Below are positions 1 to 9,988 of a stretch of 57,087 nt of DNA, piece by piece (positions within the stretch are counted from its first letter, which is position 1; the number at the start of each line of letters is the position of its first letter). A program made the position numbers and the translations under genes. The notes under the pieces are model-generated. The model was given only the letters and a program-made list of their open reading frames with translations, was not told where the DNA came from and searched no databases. The DNA is taken from NCBI GenBank assembly GCA_027061945.1, contig JAMOVR010000065.1, forward strand, positions 1 through 57,087, written 5' to 3'. Origin of the DNA: Candidatus Heimdallarchaeota archaeon (lineage in GTDB: Archaea > Asgardarchaeota > Heimdallarchaeia > Heimdallarchaeales > JAJRWK01).

Positions 1-578
1 AAATCTGTTTCGTGAATCGTGGGAATTACTTTTAGGGAGATAGTATACATTGCTACATTTGAATTAAGTAGATTAAAAATAACGCCAAACTTCTCCATGA
101 ATTCTGGTGACTCTGGGGAGGGTAATTCCGGCAAATTTGAAATATTCTCCACACCCAAAAGCATTTGCGATAAGAGACTTGCTTGAGCAAAAAAGCGGAG
201 ATGATCAGAAGCCATAAGTATTAGTGACGCAAAAACAGAGATCGCTATGTTTTCCATAGCCATTAATTCAAGCCATATGTCTTCATATTCTTGCTTGTCT
301 GGTATAAGGTGGAGAAGTTTAGAAAAAAGAGAGACCGAATAGCTATATGTCTTCAAAAGAACTTCGATATCAGTTCCAATCTTAGTAGCTAATGTGTTTG
401 AAGAAGTTTTGATCTGTGCTAATCTACGTTTTAAAATCATTATTAGTTGTTTGTCCTCTAATTTTCGTTTTCTGCTTTTTTTTAAGAAAAATATAAGATC
501 TTCAATAGATTCAAGATATTCTTTTGCTGGTAATGGTAAGCTTCTAATTTTATCTTCATTTTCTGAAAAGCTATGCAC
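1..578 (-). CDS. hypothetical protein, N-terminal part only (gene runs off the left edge)
   Basis: The reverse strand is open for about 192 codons with no stop (VHSFSENEDKIRSLPLPAKEYLESIEDL...MAMENIAISVFASLILMASDHLRFFAQ...). The first possible start is GTG at 576-578, with an in-frame TAA five codons upstream. It is absent from the ORF track because it has no stop inside the window. Confidence 0.45.
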   Translation of the reverse strand, partial: MHSFSENEDKIRSLPLPAKEYLESIEDLIFFLKKSRKRKLEDKQLIMILKRRLAQIKTSSNTLATKIGTDIEVLLKTYSYSVSLFSKLLHLIPDKQEYEDIWLELMAMENIAISVFASLILMASDHLRFFAQASLLSQMLLGVENISNLPELPSPESPEFMEKFGVIFNLLNSNVAMYTISLKVIPTIHETD

Positions 579-707
579 AAAACAACTGCATTATTTCAAT
601 ATAAATAGGCTTTCAAAAAATGATGCACTCTTAAAAGATTAGTATAATACACAATTAGTTAGTTTTAAGACCCCAGAGAAGAAGTTATTACGGTAATAAC
701 TGTTTTT

Positions 708-951
708 GCTTTAACTCTATCGGCTGGAAGTCATCTTCCGAAGGGTATAATATGAAAGCTGATATCGATCGTATTTTACATTAATATTGATATAGGGCCT
801 ATATAACATGGATAGGCTAGCCTTTAGTGCATATGGAGGTTGCCATAAAAACCTATCCTTGACCATATTATTTCCTTTGCTAGGAAGCGGCCTTGGGTTA
901 AGCTTTTTTTATTAAGTATAAAGCCCCTTGCAAAAGCAGTAAGTAGCTCAC
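708..951 (+). mobile_element. IS200/IS605-derived miniature element (left-end hairpin plus right-end tail, no ORF)
   Basis: The left end 'ctttaactctatcggctggaagtcatcttccgaaggg..atgaaagctgat' aligns to the left ends at 12566, 30828 and 52424(rc). The right tail 'aaagccccttgcaaaagcagtaagtagctcac' aligns to 'gaagccccttgccaaagaaaggggtagttcac' of the other copies. Confidence 0.55.
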
Positions 952-969
952 TTATTATCCCTTACTTCG

Positions 970-2841
970 TTAATCTTCACCAACTATTTTAGGTAAATTC
1001 TCGACATACTCTAATGATTGATGCCTAAAATATGTATTATATAGCTCTGCATAATGTTTCCCTTGTTTCATTAACTCTTCGTGGTTGCCTTCTTCTATTA
1101 TTTTACCTTCTTTAAAAACTAAAATCCGATCTGCGTGTTTAACAGTGGATAACCTATGAGCGATGATTATGCTTGTTCTTCCTGCTAATAGCTTCTTTGT
1201 AGCATCTTGAACTAGAGATTCAGTTAATGGATCTATGGAGGCAGTTGCTTCGTCCATTATTAGGATACTAGGGTTTTCTAATAAGACTCTAGCAAACGCG
1301 ATTATCTGTCTTTGCCCCATTGACAATCTTGATCCTCTTTCACCTACGTGAGTTTTTAATCCCTCAGGCAAGTCTTTTATCCAATCTAAAGCATGGACTT
1401 CTTCTAAAACTTTGTTTAGTTTTTCTTGAGGAACATCCGGATAGCCATATTTGAGATTCTCTTCGATAGTTCCGCTCCACAAAAACACTTCTTGAGTAAT
1501 ATAACTCAGTTGTCTTCGGTATGCATTAAGATCTAATGTCCTAATGTCATATTCGTCAATTAATATTTTTCCTCCTTGGAACTCGTAAAATCTAGCTATT
1601 AGTTTAGCGAAGCTAGATTTTCCAGCTCCAGTATGACCCACTATTGCTACTGTTTCTCCTGGATTAATAGTCACATTTAACTTTTCGAAAACTTTTGTTC
1701 CATCCTCATAATGAAAAGTTACATTCTTAAATTCAATACGACCTTTTAATCTTCCTGGATCTATATTATCTTTCTGAACAACAGTATTTTCAGCATCTAT
1801 CAGAGCAAACACCCTTTCACTCGCACTAAGGCCTGCTTGAAATTGCGACCAGAATGATGCAACAGAAACGAGAGGTACTACCATGTAGTTGATCGCTTGC
1901 ACGAACAAGTACCATTCCCCGGGTGTAATGGGCGTGACTGTAATTCCTAATAATTCTGCAGGGGCAGCTAAAAACCTAGGGACACTATTAATTGCTTGTA
2001 ACCCTCCAGCATAAATAATGAATGCCATTCCTATCCCTGTAATCATACTTAAAATGGGGAATAATAAGTTTAGAATTAGTCCTCTGCGCAGATTTATTTT
2101 ATACGAGTTTTCATTAACATCCAAGAATTCCTCGTAGATCTTTTTTTCAGCTCTAAACATTTTAGCAATAAAGATTCCTGTGACTGTCTCTTGAATTAGT
2201 TTGTTTATCTGGGCAATTACTCTATTAGACTGCAAAGTTATTTGTCTAGCAACTTTACGAAATGCTAATGCGACTAGTACTACGATTGGAGCAATTAAAA
2301 GAGTGTAAAATGTTAGGAATAAGCTTATTTTGGCAATAAAATACGTTATAAGGACAACAATAAGGAGCTGTGATAGTACATTAGCAGTAAGAGACACAAC
2401 ATTTCCAAAATCATTTGTGTCATTAGTTACTCGAGATACTATTTTTCCAGTTGGGGTTTTATCATAAAAAGCCATGTCTCTTTTCATTAAAGCATCAAAC
2501 ATATCTTCTCTAATTTTTAGAACAACGTCCCCAATTGCCCTGCCAGAAGAAGCTTGAGTTAGAAAATTAAACAAAAACGCTAACACGTTTAGTCCTACTA
2601 ACAAACTAATTACAGTAATGATCTCTTGGGTAGTAATTCCATCTTTTAAGCTATCAAGAGTTTTACTGATATATACTGGAATAAAGGTGTTTGCGAGGCT
2701 TCCTAAAAACAAGCTTACTGAAATTACAAGCATGTGAAATTTTTTAGTCCAGAAATAACCGGCAATTCTTTTTAGTAGTTCCCAATCAGAATAATTTCGG
2801 TCATAATGTTCCTTGTCTAATCCCCGAAAAGCTAATGCCAC
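970..2841 (-). CDS. ABC exporter, fused permease/ATPase subunit (MsbA/MdlB type)
   Basis: 623 aa. Six predicted N-terminal TM helices, then Walker A GHTGAGKSS, ABC signature LSMGQRQ and Walker B ILIMDEATASID. GTG start, 6 bp downstream of the partner gene. Confidence 0.9.
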   Translation of the reverse strand: MALAFRGLDKEHYDRNYSDWELLKRIAGYFWTKKFHMLVISVSLFLGSLANTFIPVYISKTLDSLKDGITTQEIITVISLLVGLNVLAFLFNFLTQASSGRAIGDVVLKIREDMFDALMKRDMAFYDKTPTGKIVSRVTNDTNDFGNVVSLTANVLSQLLIVVLITYFIAKISLFLTFYTLLIAPIVVLVALAFRKVARQITLQSNRVIAQINKLIQETVTGIFIAKMFRAEKKIYEEFLDVNENSYKINLRRGLILNLLFPILSMITGIGMAFIIYAGGLQAINSVPRFLAAPAELLGITVTPITPGEWYLFVQAINYMVVPLVSVASFWSQFQAGLSASERVFALIDAENTVVQKDNIDPGRLKGRIEFKNVTFHYEDGTKVFEKLNVTINPGETVAIVGHTGAGKSSFAKLIARFYEFQGGKILIDEYDIRTLDLNAYRRQLSYITQEVFLWSGTIEENLKYGYPDVPQEKLNKVLEEVHALDWIKDLPEGLKTHVGERGSRLSMGQRQIIAFARVLLENPSILIMDEATASIDPLTESLVQDATKKLLAGRTSIIIAHRLSTVKHADRILVFKEGKIIEEGNHEELMKQGKHYAELYNTYFRHQSLEYVENLPKIVGED

Positions 2842-2847
2842 TGTTTA

Positions 2848-4659
2848 TCACCTTTCCTTATCTTTTTTCTTCGCCGTCAATTCTTTTAGCTCTAATTCGT
2901 CAAATCTAGAAAAGATTAAGCGATATAAAGGCTCGGTTTTTAATAACTCTTCATGAGTTCCCAAAGCTACTACGCTCCCTCTTTTCAAAAGTACAATTAA
3001 ATCTGCATGTCTTATTTGAGCTATACGATGTGTTATTAAAAATGTTGTTCGCCCTTTCATTACTCTACGAATTGCAATCTGGATCTCGTCTTCGGTCTTA
3101 CTGTCTATAGCAGAACTGGCATCGTCTAAAATTAGTATTTTCGGATTAGAAAGTATCGCTCTTGCAATAGCTATTCTTTGCCTTTGACCGCCACTAAGCG
3201 TTATTCCTCGTTCACCAATAACTGTGTCATAGCCTTTTGGCATTGCCATTATAAAGTCATGTGCTTGAGCCATTTTTGCAGCATTAATCATCTCTTCTTC
3301 AGTAGCATTTTCGTTTCCAAACAAAATATTATCCCGGATTGTTTTCGAAAATAAGAATACATCTTGTTCTACTAGTCCTACTTGCGATCTTAAAGACTCA
3401 AGATCCCATTCTCTAACATCTATCCCATCAACAAGGACTTTTCCTTCTTGGACATCATATAATCTACTAATTAGCTTGGTGAGAGTAGTCTTCCCACTAC
3501 CTGTCATTCCAACAAGTGCTACTGACTGGCCAGCTCTAACTTTAAAGTTAATGTTATGCAATACTGGCTTTTCTGGGTCATAACCAAAAACCACGTTCCG
3601 GAACTCTACATCTCCCTTAATCTTCTTTTTAATGCCGGAAACATTCTGGTCAATGTCCACTTGGGCGTTAATAATGTTAAGTATTCTTTTTGCACTAGCA
3701 ATTCCAATAGTTATTACTGATAACGCAAACACGTTGATAAAAGTCGGGAAACGAAGCATGCCAAGCAATCCTAAATATGATACGAGCTGCCCAAAATTTA
3801 TTCTTCCTCTCTGGAACAAGAACAATGCATGTAGAAAACCAAGAGCTATTGCGATTCCTAAAACAAGTAATGGGAAATACTTAGCAACAATATCCGCTTG
3901 TTTTACGAATAAATCCCGGTATTTTTTCACGTTTTTGTGAAAAATCTCTTTTTCACGTTTTTCTTGAGTAAATGCTCTTACAACATGTATTCCTGTTAAT
4001 GTCTCATTTAATCGTGAATTGATGACTCCCACTTGTTTTCTAAGTTCCATTGCCACTACTGATAGTTTATCATTATATTGTTTTAACAAAAATAAAAAAA
4101 TAAAGACATACACAACTGGGATCAGTAACAGTTCTGGGTTAATAGTATAAATCAGTAATAAGGGGACTATTAAACCTATTAATGCCCTATAAACCAGTGC
4201 AAGCCCAGGATTTATCATCAGATTTAATTGTCGGACATCGTTGGTTACTCTGGCCATTATATCCCCTACTTTTTGCCTATCATGAAAAGTCATGCTCTTA
4301 GCTAGTAACTCCGCATAAAGCTCTTCCCTGGCATCTCTTTCCATTCTCTGGGCCAAAAACTCAATTGCAACGTTAGTAGATAACTGTATTATCCCCGCTC
4401 CTAAACCTAAGAATAATATTTGTAAGCCAAAATTCCCAATATCCCTAACAGTAGCAGTACCCGCATATACCTTTTGAAAAGCATTCCCAATAACCATTGG
4501 GATCATTCCCTGCAAGCCCATGCTAAGAATGACTCCTACGATTACCCATGCTGGCAACCATGGATATTTAATAATATGACTTAAAATCCATAGGTACGGA
4601 TTTTTCCTGACATAATTGAATTTCTTAGCACTAAATTCCCTATGGTCAGAACTATCCAC
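2848..4659 (-). CDS. ABC exporter, fused permease/ATPase subunit (partner of 970..2841)
   Basis: 603 aa. TM domain plus Walker A GMTGSGKTT, signature LSGGQRQR and Walker B ILILDDASSAID. The tandem arrangement is typical of heterodimeric type-I exporters. Confidence 0.9.
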   Translation of the reverse strand: MDSSDHREFSAKKFNYVRKNPYLWILSHIIKYPWLPAWVIVGVILSMGLQGMIPMVIGNAFQKVYAGTATVRDIGNFGLQILFLGLGAGIIQLSTNVAIEFLAQRMERDAREELYAELLAKSMTFHDRQKVGDIMARVTNDVRQLNLMINPGLALVYRALIGLIVPLLLIYTINPELLLIPVVYVFIFLFLLKQYNDKLSVVAMELRKQVGVINSRLNETLTGIHVVRAFTQEKREKEIFHKNVKKYRDLFVKQADIVAKYFPLLVLGIAIALGFLHALFLFQRGRINFGQLVSYLGLLGMLRFPTFINVFALSVITIGIASAKRILNIINAQVDIDQNVSGIKKKIKGDVEFRNVVFGYDPEKPVLHNINFKVRAGQSVALVGMTGSGKTTLTKLISRLYDVQEGKVLVDGIDVREWDLESLRSQVGLVEQDVFLFSKTIRDNILFGNENATEEEMINAAKMAQAHDFIMAMPKGYDTVIGERGITLSGGQRQRIAIARAILSNPKILILDDASSAIDSKTEDEIQIAIRRVMKGRTTFLITHRIAQIRHADLIVLLKRGSVVALGTHEELLKTEPLYRLIFSRFDELELKELTAKKKDKER

Positions 4660-4796
4660 GATTCCATTAAAAATAATAACTCAATAAAGATATTGGCATA
4701 TAAGAAACAAAGTGTAATTAAAATATTTTTTACTACACTATTTTTTACGCGTTAATCCTTACTTTCTTAATAGCAATACTGTATTTTTCAATAGTC

Positions 4797-6725
4797 ATGT
4801 CACAGAAAATATGGCGTTGGAGTAACGCAAAGGAATTCAGTCTTACTCATTTTAGAATCGGAAAAGTCTTAGATGAACTCCCCCTCAAAACAACAAAACC
4901 TGGGTTACTAGCAGTATTGCCTCCATGGAGTTTTTCTACTCATCTGATCATGCGAGAAAGTTTCAATAATCCTGAAGTCGCACAAAAAATTAATCACTTT
5001 TTTTATCCCATCCAAGCAAAACCTGAGGAATATCCACACATCTCAAGAAGGGCCTTAGAAGTACTTCTAGAATTTGGTGGGTCTCCTGCTTATCCAATAA
5101 TTGTTTATCTGTTTCCTGAAAATGGGATTCCCTTCTTTGCTCATGGTTATCTACCACCGTATGGTGATGAGAAAAATCCTGGTTTCATGGATTATGCTTT
5201 GAGAATAGGGGAAAACTTTGAAAAAACAAAGGAAGAATTAAGAACAGAATTAGACACTTTAAATTTTGAGCCTTTGATTTTTGAAAGAGCTTACACCGAT
5301 GACTTAGAAACTACTCAGTATTTGTTAACAGAAATAAACAGTAATTATGACGATACTAATGGTTCGATATCTCAAAAACCAAAATTTCCTTTTTATCCCT
5401 TACACTCATATTTGTGGAGTATTTACATTTTAACTAAACAAAGGATATTAGGACTAAAAATAAGTAGAATGCTTCACCAGATGAGAAGACAAGGATTTGT
5501 TGACTCTCTAAATGGTGGTGTTTTTAGAGTATCATATAAGGAAGACTGGTCTGAACCTGTTTTCGAGAAATTACTTGTGGATAATGCTTGGTACTTATTA
5601 TTATTATCACAAGCTTCGTTTTACTCTGAAGACAAAAAAATCTTTATACAAGAGCTTAATAGACAAGCACAATTCATTATTAATCATATGACAAGTTATA
5701 CTGGGCTTTTCAAACATGCATTACTCCCTCATGGTCAGGCTGTTGAAGGAGATTCTTATTTGTGGAGTAAAAAAGAAATCATTGACCTATTAGGCAATCA
5801 ATTAGGAGAAGAATTTAGTGCTTATTCACGTATTTCTTCGAAAGGTAATTGTCGCTTTAAAGAAAAGAATATCCTAAGATTTGATCCTCTTATGCTTCAT
5901 GATGCTTTATTTATGACTAAAGAAGAAGCGATAGAGAAAATCATTACTCCTTTAAAGGAATATGCTAAAGAAAATAAGCCTGAGCCACTCGAAGAACATC
6001 AACCGATAACTAGTGAACAGTCATTAACAGCAATTGCTTTTCTTGCGGCTTATGCTACAACCAAAAACAGGGTATATATGGAATTAGCCAATAAGATATT
6101 CCAACAACTAAAAGGTCATATGACTGATGGCAGTGAAGTAATAAGGACCTATACTGAAAATGGGATCCCCTTAAAAGGTTATCCCGAAGATCAAGCATAT
6201 TACTCGTTATTACATCTAATCTTCTGGTTCCTCAAAAAAGAAAAAGAATATCCCACAGAATTCTTTAAAGAACTATTAAAATACTGGGACGAGAAAGTTA
6301 AAGCTTTCAAAGATTATTACAAGCATACTACTTGGCTTGGACTTAGGTATCCATTTACTGATGAGGAGGTAGAAGGAATCAATCCTTTAATAGCGTTAAT
6401 CCTTGAGGCAGGATTAGGTGCTGACAATGAACAAGGAACAGCGATTAGGAAAGAAGTATTAGCAAGCTTTGTCAAACCCATTAGTCATGAACCAGAGCGA
6501 TCTGGAGGATATCTTAAATTATCAACCCCAAAAGACGTATTAATATATGAAGACGATTTCCCAATTACTTCTTTACTGGTTGGTGGTATCCCCACCACAT
6601 GGAAAGGTGAAAATGCGATACTCGTATACTTTGATGACACCAAAGAGAACCCTTCACATAAAAAACACGTACTTAAGATCAGTGATTTTAGTGCTTATGT
6701 TTCCTCAAGAGGTTCTTCGCCATGA
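4797..6725 (+). CDS. DUF255/YyaL-like protein (thioredoxin-like N-domain plus alpha/alpha-toroid-like body); redox cysteines absent
   Basis: 642 aa. The N-terminal layout ...LAVLPPWSFSTHLIMRESFNNPEVAQKINHFFYPIQAKPEEYPHI... parallels the DUF255 pattern (CxxC..M..e.F.d..vA..lN..Fv.ikvD.ee.Pdi) without the cysteines. The later 'LLVDNAWYLLLLSQA' resembles the DNA(Q/L)L motif of the family. Recognised by eye only. Confidence 0.5.
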   Translation: MSQKIWRWSNAKEFSLTHFRIGKVLDELPLKTTKPGLLAVLPPWSFSTHLIMRESFNNPEVAQKINHFFYPIQAKPEEYPHISRRALEVLLEFGGSPAYPIIVYLFPENGIPFFAHGYLPPYGDEKNPGFMDYALRIGENFEKTKEELRTELDTLNFEPLIFERAYTDDLETTQYLLTEINSNYDDTNGSISQKPKFPFYPLHSYLWSIYILTKQRILGLKISRMLHQMRRQGFVDSLNGGVFRVSYKEDWSEPVFEKLLVDNAWYLLLLSQASFYSEDKKIFIQELNRQAQFIINHMTSYTGLFKHALLPHGQAVEGDSYLWSKKEIIDLLGNQLGEEFSAYSRISSKGNCRFKEKNILRFDPLMLHDALFMTKEEAIEKIITPLKEYAKENKPEPLEEHQPITSEQSLTAIAFLAAYATTKNRVYMELANKIFQQLKGHMTDGSEVIRTYTENGIPLKGYPEDQAYYSLLHLIFWFLKKEKEYPTEFFKELLKYWDEKVKAFKDYYKHTTWLGLRYPFTDEEVEGINPLIALILEAGLGADNEQGTAIRKEVLASFVKPISHEPERSGGYLKLSTPKDVLIYEDDFPITSLLVGGIPTTWKGENAILVYFDDTKENPSHKKHVLKISDFSAYVSSRGSSP

Positions 6726-6889
6726 ATTTAAACCCTTTTTGGGGGGAGAGAGGGAGAGTGAGTAAAGTGAAAGTATTGTTTTAGACATCCCTTTTTTCAC
6801 GCCTTAAATCTTTTTGAAAATCGGGATATACTTTTAGGACTAACATGATAAAAACGTTAAATACCGAATAGTTCCGAAAATAATATAGG

Positions 6890-7309
6890 ATGTTTAATTT
6901 CGATGCTTACTGGGATCCAATTGATCTAGAAGAATTGATGAGGACTGTCCAGCACGCCCTCAAAAAGAAGATTGATGACGAAAAGCATCATCAAAATATA
7001 TATGATGACACCTACAGAGCGGAGGGAGAAAAAGACAATATCGTCTTCTCCTCAAACAGTGTATTCATACCAAAAAACGAGATAGATCCGGACCCTAACA
7101 TTATTGATCATATACTGGATATGTTAGAAGATGCCCTAAATAATGACGATATGTTTCTTGACCCTCTTTTTGACGAAGATCTTGAGTTTGAACCGATAAA
7201 AACTACCCATATCTTCTATAAAGGAAAATTACTTACCTGCGATGTGATTGATGAGGCTTACTGCTTATATCCATATGAACAATGGAGCGACCTGGAATTT
7301 ATAAATTAA
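6890..7309 (+). CDS. hypothetical acidic protein
   Basis: 139-aa ORF, D/E-rich, non-repetitive, in its own intergenic slot. No family recognised. Confidence 0.45.
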   Translation: MFNFDAYWDPIDLEELMRTVQHALKKKIDDEKHHQNIYDDTYRAEGEKDNIVFSSNSVFIPKNEIDPDPNIIDHILDMLEDALNNDDMFLDPLFDEDLEFEPIKTTHIFYKGKLLTCDVIDEAYCLYPYEQWSDLEFIN

Positions 7310-7448
7310 ATATTATCTTGCCCCTCTCAATCACTCATTCCAGAGTCGCTCCATAAATATTTTAACATTATAGGGGATAATTCCTCTTCTTTTTAGAAAG
7401 GTGATGTGGGAGATGAAAACCAATAAAGTTAAATTAAGCAGTCTAGTT

Positions 7449-9167
7449 CTATTTTTCTTCTTCAAAATCACGAATCATCGTTATTATTGTATTTTCCGGT
7501 AAAACAAGTTCTTCACTATTTCCAGTCCATTGTGTGGTTATCTCTGCTGGTATATAATACTGAATAATTGATAAAAGGTTTCTAGCAAATTCTCTTATAT
7601 CTTTTTCAAAAGCATGCCCTTCTACTATTAAGATAAATGGATCTGAAACTGCCAAAACAAACATTTTTCCACCGGTTGGAATCACAATTTCTTTTGGTCC
7701 TTCCCCACTAGCTTCTTCAATAATTCCCGCAATAGCGCTTAATGCACCAGAAAGCAACTCTTCATAGCCGCTATATGTTCTTTTGTCTAATTTTTTATCC
7801 CAGATTATTCTCCCATCGTTTAGTACTATAGTTATCGAGTTTATTTTCTTTCTTTTAATAAGCATAAATTGCGAACTAATGCAATTTATTTTTAACAAGT
7901 TATTATACGGTCTCAAACATTCATTTATTTGTGTAAGAAAGCTCGTGGATTTTCCAGCTAGTTGAAACATAGATTTAATTACCTTTAAACTGGTTTTTAA
8001 TCTTGAAATGATTCTTTTTTGTTTCTCAGTTTCCAGTTTACCTACGTATTGTAAAACAGTCAGTACTAAATTATAAACGTTAAATACTGTATTTTTGTTT
8101 TCTTCGGGGTCAAAAACATTATTGCTTACCATGAATTCTGTTGCATCAATATAACCGAGAAGTAACTTCTCTAATAGCGTAGAAACAATTGAAGAAAACA
8201 CTTTCATTTTTGGAGGTCTAAAGTTTTCTGCTAAAACAATATATCTTATTGTCAAGTCTATTTTTTTCATTCTATAATATGTTTTAGCTAAACCAAACAT
8301 TGAAACAAAATTCAAAAAAGGGACTCTGTGTTTTTCTTGTAATGACAAAAAATGATTAAATTCATTAATTGCTTTAACTGGTTCGACTAATTCTTCATAA
8401 TAAAGCCCGAGTAATACTCTTGAATCGGGCACTTCTTTGATTATTTTTAATGTTTCTATGTTTTCTTCGAACTTATTTTTCATCCCGTATAAGTATTCTA
8501 TAAAAATTTTTAGCACTAATAAATAGTCTTTTAGCTCTTGGTCAACAGTAGAGTTAATCAATAAATCAATAAATTCGTGGGCTAAATCTAGTCTTTTTTC
8601 TATTGAAAGCGTTCTTATTACCTCATAAACACGCGTAAATAATTCATTAGGGATTTCCCAATTTCTAGAAATTATCCGATTAAGAGTTTCATGTGGATGT
8701 AAAATAATCTCTTTTTCTTCTAAGATCTCCTCATCACTTAAAATTGTAGGCGGGATACTAAGAACGGAGTATTTCTTAAAAGAAAATAAGACTCTGTTTT
8801 TCAAGAACTTCTCAACTAGAGATTCTTCTTTATTAACACCAATGATTTTTTTAAAATCAATTAATACTGCACGGATTCTTTCTTTGGGTAAAATAATCAC
8901 TCTAAAATATTCATTTTCATCTTCCCTCTCAAAAAAACAGATTGCATGTTTCCCATCATAAGAAAACATTACGTGTTTTGTTGTTGAAGAAAAAATATTC
9001 TTTAACCCAACAACTTTATTATAAATTATTTCTGCCCCTCTTGAGTTTACCTCCCCCCATAATACTTTGAAATTAAATTCCGAGTATCCTATTTTTTCGT
9101 TGTCCTCTTTTTTTGATTTTGAAAAAAGGAGTAATTCCTTAAACGAGTTAAAATCCATAAAATCCAT
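7449..9167 (-). CDS. hypothetical large protein with a C-terminal Roadblock/LC7(MglB)-like domain
   Basis: 572-aa ORF. The last ~110 aa (ITIVLNDGRIIWDKKL...LLSGALSAIAGIIEEASGEGPKEIVIPTGGKMFVLAVSDPFILIVEGH) follow the Roadblock pattern. The middle is helical-repeat-like. The domain call is by eye. Confidence 0.6.
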   Translation of the reverse strand: MDFMDFNSFKELLLFSKSKKEDNEKIGYSEFNFKVLWGEVNSRGAEIIYNKVVGLKNIFSSTTKHVMFSYDGKHAICFFEREDENEYFRVIILPKERIRAVLIDFKKIIGVNKEESLVEKFLKNRVLFSFKKYSVLSIPPTILSDEEILEEKEIILHPHETLNRIISRNWEIPNELFTRVYEVIRTLSIEKRLDLAHEFIDLLINSTVDQELKDYLLVLKIFIEYLYGMKNKFEENIETLKIIKEVPDSRVLLGLYYEELVEPVKAINEFNHFLSLQEKHRVPFLNFVSMFGLAKTYYRMKKIDLTIRYIVLAENFRPPKMKVFSSIVSTLLEKLLLGYIDATEFMVSNNVFDPEENKNTVFNVYNLVLTVLQYVGKLETEKQKRIISRLKTSLKVIKSMFQLAGKSTSFLTQINECLRPYNNLLKINCISSQFMLIKRKKINSITIVLNDGRIIWDKKLDKRTYSGYEELLSGALSAIAGIIEEASGEGPKEIVIPTGGKMFVLAVSDPFILIVEGHAFEKDIREFARNLLSIIQYYIPAEITTQWTGNSEELVLPENTIITMIRDFEEEK

Positions 9168-9296
9168 TCTAAGAAAAAATAGGTGTTTTTTCTTTAATTA
9201 CTTTTAAGGTTTTACTTAATAAAAATGGTATAATTATGTCTTAGAATGAGTTATGCCCAAATATTTATTTAAGAATACAAGTAGATACACCTACAT

Positions 9297-9842
9297 ATGA
9301 AAATATATACTAAAACTGGAGACAAAGGTGAAACAGGGACTTTGGGGAACAAGAGAGTTTTAAAATCTTCAACATTAATCGAGACCGTTGGAGACTTAGA
9401 TGAACTTAACTCTAATCTTGGGTTATCACGCTTTTATGTAAACAATTCAAAAATAAAAGAGATACTTATTGAGCTACAAAAATGGGTTTTCAAAATAGGT
9501 ACTTATATTATTACCCAGGACACTCAAAGAAATAAATATTCAAACTTGGACTTTAATTCTGTTCTCTCAAAAATAGAAAAAATAATCGATGAATATGAAA
9601 CAAATTTAAGCCCTTTGAAGAATTTCATACTTCCTGGGGGAAGTGAAGGTGCAGCTTGGTTGCATTTGACTAGAACAATATGTAGAAGAGCAGAGAGAAC
9701 AATGGTCCTCCTATATAAAGAAGAAAAAGATCAATCCCTTTTAGAACCAATTAGATTACTCAATAGAATGTCTGATCTACTATTTGTGTTAGCACGTTAC
9801 GAAAATTTTGCTAATGGTGTTCCAGATACAATTGTACAATAG
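9297..9842 (+). CDS. pduO: ATP:cob(I)alamin adenosyltransferase, PduO type
   Basis: 181 aa. Has the diagnostic N-terminus MKIYTKTGDKGETG and VGDLDELNSNLGL, and the right length for the stand-alone PduO/MMAB domain. Confidence 0.9.
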   Translation: MKIYTKTGDKGETGTLGNKRVLKSSTLIETVGDLDELNSNLGLSRFYVNNSKIKEILIELQKWVFKIGTYIITQDTQRNKYSNLDFNSVLSKIEKIIDEYETNLSPLKNFILPGGSEGAAWLHLTRTICRRAERTMVLLYKEEKDQSLLEPIRLLNRMSDLLFVLARYENFANGVPDTIVQ

Positions 9843-9988
9843 CTTTTTTTATTTTTAGAAATGTAATAAAGGATTAGATTAGATTGTTTTTGATTTCTAA
9901 AAAAGAGTCTCAAATATTCTTTTTCAAAAAAAACAGAACGATTTTTGAATAAAAAGAAAAAATATGGTTCTATATAGTGATCTATGCC

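Noticed and set aside
394-642. Track ORF (82 aa, + strand)
   Set aside because: The translation is low-complexity (FKIIISCLSSNFRFLLFFKK). It lies antisense to a much longer open frame (1..578, minus strand) that reads like a real protein.
3632-3940. Antisense ORFs inside well-supported genes. This one, plus 7783..7965, 9996..10193, 13546..13845, 14188..14529, 15421..16368 (several), 16473..16739, 18006..18335, 18710..19561 (several), 23029..23337, 23930..24160, 25116..25364, 25796..26104, 39004..39959, 41287..42228, 44150..45744, 46682..48316, 50490..51029, 52749..52940 and 55243..55688.
   Set aside because: Each is fully embedded opposite a gene with clear family motifs. Their sequences are biased and repetitive, as expected from reading AT-rich coding DNA backwards.
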